Source: Schmidtea nova
Lineage: Eukaryota
Assembly: GCA_044892505.1 (NCBI GenBank)
Contig: CM097882.1
Location: 357,864,001 to 357,928,000, forward strand
Direction: 5' to 3'
DNA length: 64,000 nt
Positions within the stretch are counted from its first letter, which is position 1. The number at the start of each line of letters is the position of its first letter. Made by a program: the position numbers and the translations under genes. The notes under the pieces are model-generated. The model did not search any database. It saw nothing but the letters and a program-made list of their open reading frames with translations, and was not told where the DNA came from. Of this stretch, positions 24,851-35,143 are shown in pieces.

Positions 24851-25411
24851 TCAAAAACAATGTTTTTCTCAGCGACTATTAGTTATCTATGTGTTGTGGC
24901 CATTGATGGGTTAAATTGAAGAAAACATGCTCTAGGGATGCCTCTATCCACAGCCAAACATAAAATGCTTACGTGACACACGAGCACCCTCGACTAGTTC
25001 CCTGGATAATCGAGTTGGAAATGTGCAAGGTGTTTGAACAATGATGGGTAGGTGAGCTCTATTTCTAGAACTACTCCCCATTTATGTTCGCGGGTTCATC
25101 GCGGCCGATAGAAGGACTTACGCTTTACTTTCATTTTACTTCATTTGCCAATTATCTTTCATTTTATTATTACTGCCCCCTTTACAATATCAACAAATAA
25201 TTATTATATATTGTACTTAAAATCTTAATGTTGATCGTTTCTTAAATTTTATGAATATCATTCTAACATAAATTATACTCGATTAATTCAGTTTGACATT
25301 TAATAAGTACTTTATTTTATTTTTTTACTACTTTACTTTACATAAAAAATTTAATACAAAAAAAAATAAACCTATATTTGTACAAACTAATAAGACCTTA
25401 ACTTCAGTAAT

Positions 25412-26024
25412 TTAATCAAAAAATTTCAAAAAATCTTCATCCAGTGTCATGAAATCTGTCGTCAGATCGATTTCTGGAATTTCATCATTGTGATGGATTA
25501 TCTGTTGAGCGAATTGTTTTTTCCATTTCCTTTGGCGTGAACCCATTTTGTTTTTCTTCTTTTTCTTAATTTCAACTGCTGATGAGTTATTTGCAACTGG
25601 TACTGTTGTTGTTATAACCTCAGGGGTTTGCGATGACCCTTCGGTATTAGTTCCAATAGAGCATCCGGCTTTTTCTTCCGACCAGCGCTGATAAGTGACT
25701 GGTCGTATTAGATCCTTTAGCTCAGTGTCAATGAAAGACGATGTAACTGAGCGCAGACATTTTCTCAATTCAATTTTCGTTGCTTCGAGCTCGATGCGGT
25801 ACTCTTCACTGGCTCGTTGGGCGCGTTTGATTTTTTATAAGTTGACTTTTCATCTGTTTTGGACTAAACCAGATTTTACGAAGATGTGAATTTGTTGTTT
25901 CAGAACTTTTTAGCTTTTCTTTGGTTAGACGGATTTCCTTCTCTAGGCTGCGAATGATTCGCCAAGCCTTATTTAGTTCAGTTTGCGAGCTTGAGTTATT
26001 TGACGACATAGTTCTGAAAATCAA
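25412..26024 (-). pseudogene. ~200-aa coiled-coil protein with basic patch (KKKKKNK), one frameshift
   Basis: ORFs 25806-26024 and 25412-25768 join if one A is removed from the run at 25831-25836 (LIK-IKRAQRASEEYRIELEATKIELRKC). No recognised domain. Confidence 0.6.
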
Positions 26025-26774
26025 TAGTTATTATTTCTTGATTACTTTAAACTTCACATTTACTGATTGATAAATGAATGTTGCTAAGATTTCTTTATGA
26101 ATTACTTTAACTCGATAATACATCTTATAACCCCGACAGACTTCATGCCATTGTTTAAATGGCGATACCCTTCAAATTTACGAAATTATTATATGGAAAG
26201 TTGGAAATGAAGAAGGAAAATAGACATAAAATAATTCTTTAAACACGGTCGCTATGTACAGCGATCAGATTAATTTATTCAGTTTTATTTAGACCTGTGC
26301 TATCTACAACAATCAGGTTAATATACTTTACAAATTTAGTTCTACTGCCCTATATACAGGGATCAGGATATTAAATTCATTCATATTTAAATCTTTCGTC
26401 GTCTACTCATCAACCGTTCAGCTGTTTGTGCTTGATCGTATGTTCGCTACAGTGTGAAGCCTACACTGATTTGCTCGTTATGCTACGCATACGCCAACCT
26501 GATGTTGAGAAAATTAAATTCAAAAATCAATACTAAATGTATAAACTCTGATTTGGAAATATCGACTATTATGATCTATTTGTACGGAGTCTACTACTCT
26601 TTATCGTTATCTACTCTCCTATGGTAGGAAAATGCAAGGTATCTCGAACCTATTTAGGCCACTCATAATACTGTAGAAATGTCGTATCGGCTGAGCTTCA
26701 AAACTACCCAATGTGGTTTATCCTGGTGAAGATTATTGAAGTAGGCATCTCTTGACTTCGTGGATGTGGGTCTC

Positions 26775-27507
26775 AAACATACATTTTGTAATCGCTGTTA
26801 TCTCATGAATTTTTTGAAACATTCATTAGGCCTATTTTATTAAGATCACTGAAATGTTTGCACTCCCGTGTGTCAAACTCCATGATACCTATGGAAAGAA
26901 AATCGTCGAAGCCAAATCCTTCAAGTTTTGCATACCTCCAGAACTTGACATGGTCTGTGAAAAAATCATCTGGTTCCTATCAGTTAACAATGGTATTCAA
27001 AACCACGATTTGTCTCAATCATGGAAACAGCTAGTAGTTACTATTCTCTTTCTATTGGTTAACAGTCCTAAGTTAGCTATTTCTTTTAGTATTCTACGTC
27101 GTAAGAAAATCAACATCACCCTCATGCGCCAAATCTCCGATGCACCATCAAGAAAAAACCCACTGTGTTGTTTGAAATCAATCTTCTGTGTTTGAAATCA
27201 ACAATAAAGTTTATTTATTGCTTTGTTAATCTCATCGTATCAAATTATTTAATAATATAAAGATACTAACTGGTTGACTATACTTGCCAGCAATAATTTC
27301 CTGATCATAAAATTCCCTACCGTACTTGTGGCAATCAACATACTACAAGAATGGCCAACCTTCCACACGGCAGCTGGGCTACCTCTACGAAGGCCGCCTC
27401 CTTCCACCGATTACACAGTGAAAGGAGCACAAGCTAATTATATATTATCAAAATCATGCATCTACATAAAAATAATCTCAAAATTTATATAACAATTTAT
27501 TGAGCAT
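26775..27507 (-). pseudogene. Possible decayed F-box-like ORF
   Basis: With frameshifts and stops the minus strand gives MLNKLLYK/EIIFM.MHDFDNI.L/LLSLCNRWKEAA, resembling L..LP.EIL..IF.YL...L..VCKRW. Protein-like open stretches follow downstream. Very degraded. Confidence 0.3.
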
Positions 27508-28105
27508 TTAAATAATTGAAAGAAATCATGACAACATAAATAAAATTAAAAATCATCCATACCTTTCTCAAAGTTCAATTAGCAAATGATAAAAATTTTC
27601 TCAAATAAAATCATAAACCTTAAAATGGTTCAATTTTGATTCAGTATTTATACTGGATCAGCGATTATGCCAACCAATCAGCATCAAGCTGTTGGTCGTA
27701 ATACCAATTTATTTATACTTATTTATAAAAATTCCTTGTTTTAATTAACTTGAAATTTTCTTATTTAATTTCTTATTTAACTATTTATTGTAGTTAATAA
27801 ATATATTTTATTATATCTCTACTTTTAAATTCCATTTTTTCGTTATATTTTAATATATCATACTTATTTTTTTAATTATTTTTATTCCACTATTTATTTT
27901 ATTTCTATTCATTCTAATACTTGCATTTAAATTTTCTTCTGATGGTATTTGTTATACTTTGTTTATTTTAATTTTATCTATTATTATTTATTTGTTCAAA
28001 TGGTGGGCCCAACAACATTCTGGGACCCCTAAAATTGCGTCCCGCAATTAATTATACAATATTACTTATATCAACATACATAAAAAGTTCTAAAGATTCA
28101 CATAA

Positions 28106-28407
28106 GGGATCGTCCATAAAGTACGTACGCCAAAAAATCGTAAATGCTACCCCCTCCCTCCCTCGTGTTGCAGTGTGTACTTTTTCGGCCCCCTACCCCC
28201 CGGTACATACAACAATCAAGATTCTAAGTTTTTAAAAACCGAAATTTTCTTTTAACCATTATTTTTTAATCGAATCACATTATACTCTGCGGCTATATTT
28301 ACTAGTTTTGTATTTATTTACCGTGTTTTACCCCCATACATACCAATACGCTTTTGGCCTGACACCCCCCTACCCCCTAAGTGCGTACATACTTTATGAA
28401 CGGCCCC
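28106..28407. mobile_element. PIF/Harbinger-type MITE
   Basis: TIRs GGG(A/G)(T/C)CGT(C/T)CATAAAGTA(C/T)GTACGC with a TAA TSD at 28103-05 and 28408-10. Confidence 0.88.
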
Positions 28408-28514
28408 TAAGGTGATTTATTCTACCCATAATCATATAAAAAATTTTTAAAATATAATTTTTAAAATATAATTAAAAGATAATTGTCAACCAAGTGTTTT
28501 TGATAAGTAAGTAA

Positions 28515-29111
28515 TTAAAGTTTATACAGATATTTCATAGCTCGCACTGAATTGGGTTGGTTCTCTGGGATTGCTGGTAGTTCGTATTGAGTTCGCATTC
28601 TGTTGAGGTGATTTCTAATTTGTCTTCGGGCTTTGTCATCATGTGCTGTTGTTTGATTGATGATAGATTGTTTTCGCTTGAGGGTTTTTATTCTGTACGA
28701 AGCGATAAGAATGGTGATTGCGCTGGTGGTCGTACTGATTGTTAATACGATTATGATGGCGACGATCCATCTCTCTTGATACTGGATTTCTGCTCGATGC
28801 AGACTCTTTATGGTTTCTCTATCTTCTTTCAGAATCTTTCGAATTTTCTCTAATTTGTTGTTAATCTTGCAAAGGGTTTGTTGCGTTGATAGTGGGTTAG
28901 GTGCTGTTGATAGTTGGATTTGAGAAATCTCTTTAGCTGTTTCTTTTAGCAGACGGTTTATTTCTTGATAAATTTTATCGGGTAAAACTTGTAGATTTTC
29001 TTTTGATATTTGAATGTCTTCTCTTTGTAGGGTGATTTTGATTATATTTAGGATTTTCAGGATTGCGAGCTTCTTCCTTTTCTTTACATATTTGTCAATA
29101 CAGTTTGACAT
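28515..29111 (-). CDS. 198-aa coiled-coil protein with one predicted transmembrane helix
   Basis: Intact intronless ORF. The hydrophobic segment WIVAIIIVLTISTTTSAITILIASY is followed by basic RIKTLKRK. It starts 18 bp after the stop of the upstream ORF. Confidence 0.7.
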   Translation of the reverse strand: MSNCIDKYVKKRKKLAILKILNIIKITLQREDIQISKENLQVLPDKIYQEINRLLKETAKEISQIQLSTAPNPLSTQQTLCKINNKLEKIRKILKEDRETIKSLHRAEIQYQERWIVAIIIVLTISTTTSAITILIASYRIKTLKRKQSIINQTTAHDDKARRQIRNHLNRMRTQYELPAIPENQPNSVRAMKYLYKL

Positions 29112-29129
29112 TATTATTTTACAACATAT

Positions 29130-29543
29130 TTACAAAGATTTTCGCGCTTCTTTTTTAACTAGCGACTCGTTGGGTTCGTGAAAACCTTCATCTTGAGGTT
29201 CCCCTTGATTCGTAGGGAGTGGTAACCACACTATCGTGTTTCTCCACATGGTTACTTCGTCTCGATATAGGTGCGATATTTGAATTTCTTCATCTAACAG
29301 GTATTCCAAATAATTTGATTGTTCTGTCAACGTTTCTATCTGCTTTTCTAATTCTGTTATTTTGACTTTTCTCTCTTCCTCTTCCATCATTTTGATTGCT
29401 GCTGTGGTGATGTCTGTTTCTTTTGGTGGTGTTATCAATTTTTGTTTCAACTCTTCATTTTCCTATGTTAAATTTACCAAATTTTCCTCGTAGCTCTGCT
29501 TCCTCTTGCTACGCCGACCATCCTTTTCTATCGGCTTTCTCAT
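29130..29543 (-). pseudogene. Basic plus coiled-coil (bZIP-like) protein with one in-frame stop
   Basis: ATG at 29543: MRKPIEKDGRRSKRKQSYEENLVNLT*ENEELKQKL..., then open to 29130. Overlaps the end of the MATH ORF. Confidence 0.55.
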
Positions 29544-30119
29544 TCCTTTCCATTTCTATGTATTAGGTGTCCTCATACAATAATCCCCATATCTTCTTTC
29601 GTGATACAAAATATGGCTCTCCACTTTCTAATCCGCATTCTTCTGTTGGTCTGTTGCTCGTATCTTCTCCTCTATCTGTCGTGAATCTCTTTTCTATGGT
29701 TTCTTTTAAACTCTTGGTTCTTATAGTCGCCCCACTCCTATTGGCCATTCGATTAGATCATCATATTCTCCTTTGCAAAACGCGAAAAATATTGATACGT
29801 GTTTTCCATGACCTTTTCCATCTCCGTTCGGGTATAGTTTCAATCTCACTTTAGCCCCGCTTTTCCATAAGTAAAATGGTGGGCTTATTACCGCGACTTG
29901 CTTAAAACTTCGTGCATCTGCTAATTTGTCTCGATAATCCGTTATTTTCCATACATATGGTGCTACTGGTAAATCTTTTCGCTCGTCGATTTCTCGTAAT
30001 AATTTGTTATATTGCACTTTCATTCCTTTTGCCAATTCTTCGATGGCTATTATTTTTCCTTCCATCTTTTCTCGAGTTAATTCGAATTGTTCTCTGGTCT
30101 CTAATAATAAGTTAATCAT
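29509..30119 (-). pseudogene. Coiled-coil plus TRAF-C (MATH) domain protein, intronless, no RING or zinc fingers
   Basis: YVWKITDY...SPPFY...KVRLKLYPNGDGKGHGKHVSIFF...GEYDDLIEWP, then after a frameshift RPTEE..ESGEPYFVS....EDT*YIE. This is the TRAF-family MATH signature. Confidence 0.88.
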
Positions 30120-30372
30120 TCATTTATATAAATTTTTAAGATTTATGCAAAAATAGACAAAATAAAATACTTTCAATATCTGAAAATTTAATTGAAAATC
30201 CTTAAAATTTTATCAATCAAATCTGGTTTAAATATATCATTAATAACTTGTAAAATGATATTTTAGTGTTACTATTTAAATTAAATTCATTGTTAAAATT
30301 TTAAAATTTATTATATTATTTAATAAATCTAAACTATATATTATCAAATTGAATAATTCTTTTTGAAAATAG

Positions 30373-30796
30373 GAACAAAATCTCGAATGCCACGAACAAT
30401 GTTGCTATTGTGGACAAAATACTATTAAAGAATGCAGTGGATGCGGATGGGCATTTTATTGCAGGTTTGTTAATGTTAATATAAATTAGAAAAAACTCGT
30501 TTTTAATCGCGATAAATAGTCGAGAATGCCAAGAAAAGCACTGGTGCATTCATAGGTTTTTCTGTCAGCAAGGATATGAAAGAGAATTTCCTAAATTGGA
30601 AGGAATGAATATCGTTCCATGTAAGGATTCCCAGATCCAGAAGCGACAAATGGTAGTGGAAGAATGCATAGGGAAAAGTTCTGGACCACCTTGTTGTGCT
30701 ATTTGTGCTGACATCCCCAGCCTGGTCCGATTAGCGAGATTTGCTGGAATGTTGATTTGCACCGATTGCGTTGAGATTCAAGGGTCGATGAATTAG
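30373..30796 (+). CDS. MYND-type zinc-finger protein (exons 30373-30464 and 30520-30796; 5' exon not found) with extra C-terminal C4 motif
   Basis: Removing a 55-bp GT-AG intron (30465-30519) gives CCYCGQNTIKECSGCGWAFYCSRECQEKHWCIHRFFC, the canonical C-x2-C-x7-C-x2-C-x5-C-x3-C-x7-H-x3-C. The frame stays open to CAIC...ICTDC and TAG. Confidence 0.88.
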
Positions 30797-31399
30797 ATTT
30801 CCATTGAAATTATTTGTGTTTTCATTCGGAAAAAAATTAGATTTAATTAAATTTTTTTTCTCAACTGTAATTGAAATAATTTGATTTCAAAATTTATAAG
30901 GTCTTTTGCACCGGTATTGCATTTGGGATTTGTATAATTGAGTCCTATTTAATGAGTTATTTATTGTGTTTTACTAATTTAATGAACTTTCTAACCCCAA
31001 CATTTTCAACTAGCGGGTCACTCATATTAAACCGTGCAATAATGCTGCTGTTTATTTGTGTTCTGGCTTATGGAACACGTTTAAATGATTCAATGACATC
31101 GCGCAATTGAAAAGTAATTTTTAAGGTGATTTAGGATTATTTATTTGATTTACACCATTGCCCGCGTTTATGATTTGTTAAATTGGAGCCATTTTTAGTT
31201 TTTTAATTGTTTTTTCATTAATTTGATGAACATTTTAATCCAATAGTTACAGTTATTAAGTTGCGGGGCGTATGTTGGCGGGAATTTGTTGAGTTCCGTG
31301 AGTCACCTGTAAAAGTCTATTTTGCGGTGGTTCGGGGTTTATAATATGGAAATATGTTCTCGTTTGTACGGTTATTATAAAAAGTAAATTAAAAAGCAG

Positions 31400-34300
31400 T
31401 AGCTAGTTATGTGGACTACACAGCAAAACATTAAATGCAAAATATTGCAATGTCAATGTAAAAAATACCGATAATTTGTGTTTTATATATAGTATTTTGG
31501 CTATTTTAAAATACGATGAGATAGATAACAATCATAGAATCTAATTATAATCTCTCAGACCTTGTTTTTGATCCTTCTGATCCAATGAAATTATGTAATA
31601 TTCTCAAATTTGAATAAAAAAACCCCGGGCTGTCAATAAATATGATGAAAGCAATTTAATCGATTGCTTTGAAAAGAATGAAGTATTGAAACATCCATTT
31701 GTAGATATTATTCATAGGTCAAAGATTTTAGGTGGCACTCCAATTAATTTGATATTGTTAGAGGAAAGAGACTCTTTTCATTATAAAAGAGTTACCAATC
31801 TTAATATGCTTTTGAATTGTGAAACTCTTTCTGTTACGGATGTCCTGATAAGATGTAATTGGTGCGAGCGTTGCTTGAATAGTTTTAGATTCACTGAAGC
31901 TTTTGAGAAATACCAGTCTTTATGCACAAAAAATCAGTTAGGTACAACTATGTATGTGGTGCGGTCAAAAAGTTACCGGCCTACCCTACTTAACAAATTG
32001 ATTTTTTAATGGAAATAGGTTTATTTTATTGGAAATTTATTGACAATTTAATGTTGAAAATCTTATTGACCTAATCCATTTACTTTATCTGTTGCAGATG
32101 GAAATGTCGTTGCAAGTGCATTCGCTGGAAAAAATTGAGTATCGCAGTGCTATTCGCTTTTGTGTTCTTCTCAGCCAAACCAACCAGGAAATCATGGCAA
32201 ATCTGAATCGAGCCTATGGCAAAAAGTGTCCCTCTCAGTCTACCATCAAGTTTTGGATTGCTGAATTCAAACGGAGTCGGCAAAGTGTGTCAGATGAGGA
32301 ACGAGAGGGTCGACCAACGACTTCGAGAAATGAAGATGTGAAGGAAAAATTGGAGAAAATGGTACTGGAAGATCGCCGTATAACTAACCTTCACTTAACC
32401 TTCAGATAAGAACTTGGAATTTACAGATTGGTCTAGGATTGTTACCCTTCATTTCGTTGTATATGTCGATTTTGAGGCTGTTTTACCAGTAGATTATAAG
32501 TATTTTTCAACTTCACTTGCCTATTTCTGCTGGCTTGTTGCTAATCAACAACATTGCTGGTGAAAAATCATATAAAGGCTTTTATGGTCTTAACTGTGTA
32601 GAAGAATTTTTGACTGAAATCAATAATATAGGTAAAAAAGTAGTTTTACCTTACTTTATAAATAATTCCAAAATGAAAATGGAACATCTTTCCCCTGCAA
32701 AAATTAGATCGTTTCTTAGTTCTACAATTTGTTATTTGTGTAATAAATCTTTGAAGAATCCGGTTAAAGATCATGACCATTATACAGGTAAATACTTGGG
32801 TGCAGCTTGCTCTAAATACAATTTTTCTCGGCAAATTAGATTCATCATGCCTGTAATTTTTCATAATTTACGTAGATATGATTTATATCATATCCTCAAA
32901 TATAGTTTAAATAAATTTCCAAGTAGGAATATAAGTTGTATTCCTACTACAAGTGAAAAGCTTTTGACTTTATATGCAAGAGTCGATAGTTTAACTATTA
33001 AATTTATCGATTCTTGCCAATTTGTAAGCTCCAGCTTAAACGATGCTGTAAAGACTTTAACAGATTTTCCTCTTACTTCATCCGAATTTATTGAGACTAT
33101 TATTACTTCCAATGCGATATTCCCATATAATTTTGCAACCTTTTTAGAGGTTTTACAAAATACATACGAGTTGCCACCGACTTGGGAGGGAGTTACACTC
33201 GACGAGTATGAAAAAGCTCAACATATATGGAATGAATTTAATTGTGACACATTGTTTGATTATATGATGTTATACCTGAAATTGGATGTTTTCTTACTTG
33301 CTGACTATTTTCAGCAATTTAGGGCAAAATCCATTGCACAACCGATTTGAACCTCTTAATTCTTTTGGGAATTCCAGGCATGTCGTGGAATTCCGCTTTG
33401 ATGACTTTGATATCTCCTATCGAATTGCTTCAAGATATGGATATGTATAATTTTTTCGAAGGGAGGATCCGTGGTTGATTAACATTTGTTAATAAACACC
33501 CTGTAGTATCCTCCGACGATATTGAGCTTTTTTATATAGATATAAATAATTTATATGGGTGGGCCTTTAGCCAAAGACTGCCTTATAAAGAATTTAAATG
33601 GGTAACTGATAGGGAAAATTTAAATAAAATAATTTATTACTGTGAATCTGCTGATTTAGAAGTATTAATTTATGGCCAACTTTCAAAAGGACTTTCGAAA
33701 TTGACGATGACTTGCTTGCCGTCTTGCTGAATAAGGAATCGGTGTGTTTGGATAGACTCAGCTACATTGGTCACACTGTACTGGATCTATCTAAACTTAG
33801 AATGTTCCAGCTACAGTATGAAGAGTTGCAAAAATATCGTTACGACTTCAATTGTGAAATTAACATCGTTGCTGGGGATACTGATTCGTTCTTTCTTGAA
33901 GTTAGAAATTGTAAGCTTGATATTCTTTTACCGGCCATGATAAGAGATAACTTGTTTGGCACTTCTAATTATGATCCCAATCACTCTTTATACAGTAGGA
34001 ACCTTGATTCTGTCATTTGTAAGTTCAAAGACGAGAATAAAAGGCTTAAGTACCAGGAGTGGTTATTTCTTAGACCTAAATGTTATAGTATTTTAGGTGA
34101 TGACAAAACTAATAAAGCTAAGGGGGTAACATTGGAGGGTACTGACATAAAGTATCAGTCGTACTTGGATTGTTTTAATAATAACCAAATATTTTCTGTT
34201 CCCCAAACCAGAATCACGAGTAAAAATCATCAACCATTCACTATTAAAAATGAAAAGACTGCACTGACAAACGCAGATGATAAAAGGAAATGGGTAGCAA

Positions 34301-34434
34301 AAAATAAAAGCTTGGCATATGGCCATTATATAGGAGGTGACTTGGTTATATTTCAACACACCGATCCAAGCATCAATACATATCAACGATTTCAAGATTC
34401 AACTGAAAATATCCATGATAACAGTTTTATTTAA
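31400..34434 (+). pseudogene. Maverick/Polinton polB copy 2 (close to copy 1, inverted orientation), with mariner insertion and ~410-bp internal deletion
   Basis: Roughly 90% identical to copy 1 by eye. Motifs ADFE-like, DHDHYTG, DINNLYG and AGDTDS. The deletion junction at about 33674 removes the KLMNNSLYGK motif. 3' flank homology to copy 1 extends to about 35555. Confidence 0.95.
31955..32391 (+). mobile_element. 5' fragment of a mariner transposon (HTH region of transposase)
   Basis: TA followed by TGTGGTGCGGTCAAAAAGTTACCGG. ORF 32092-32385 reads EKIEYRSAIRF...CPSQSTIKFWIAEFKRSRQSVSDEEREGRP...LEDRRIT. No right TIR. Confidence 0.9.
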
Positions 34435-35001
34435 ATAAAATTTGTTGAAAACTTTAGTTGTTATTGTTTTTTATTTATTTAATTATTCATTTTATATTGT
34501 ACAGATTAGTTTCAGTCTGTTTTTTTATCAGTCAGTCTTATATATTATAGATGTTTTTGTCTATTTTTAAAATTTTGTATTAATTTCAAGAAACTATGGT
34601 TAAATCATAATAAAAAAAAAATAAATAAATAAGTAATAAAATAAGTAATAAATATTTAGTTTAATATTTATCGTAATTATACATGTTATTTTTTTGTTGT
34701 GCCGAGTCGTCTCATTTGTTTTTATTTGTTTGTAATATTTTGATAAGTGTTTTCAGTGAACANNNNNNNNNNNNNNNNNNNNNNNNNNNNNNNNNNNNNN
34801 NNNNNNNNNNNNNNNNNNNNNNNNNNNNNNNNNNNNNNNNNNNNNNNNNNNNNNNNNNNNNNNNNNNNNNNNNNNNNNNNNNNNNNNNNNNNNNNNNNNN
34901 NNNNNNNNNNNNNNNNNNNNNNNNNNNNNNNNNNNNNNNNNNNNNNNNNNNNTTTCACCTTTGATATTTTTTTATCATTATTATCAATAATTCTCATAAT
35001 G

Positions 35002-35143
35002 CTGACTATAGATCAAAATTTTTTTTATAAACAATAACACAATATTTCGGCACAGCCTTTATCAAGTGTGTATACACACTTGGTAAAGGCTGTGCCGAAA
35101 TATAGTGTTATTGTTTATATTAAAAAAATTTTGATCTAGTCAG
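35002..35143. repeat. ~140-bp near-perfect palindrome with no spacer
   Basis: Centre GTGTGTA|TACACAC (35072/35073). Arms of about 70 bp with 2 mismatches and small indels. The right arm runs directly into an N-gap; another gap ends 50 bp before the left arm. Confidence 0.93.

Noticed and set aside
24880-25200. GC-richer segment after polB copy 3 as an LTR or left boundary of the ORF island
   Set aside because: No second copy, TG..CA pair or TSD found. Only a weak 20-bp resemblance to about 26625-26650.
27995-28055. GGGCCC/GGGACCCC motif resembling a hAT subterminal region
   Set aside because: Too short, with no TIR pair or TSD.
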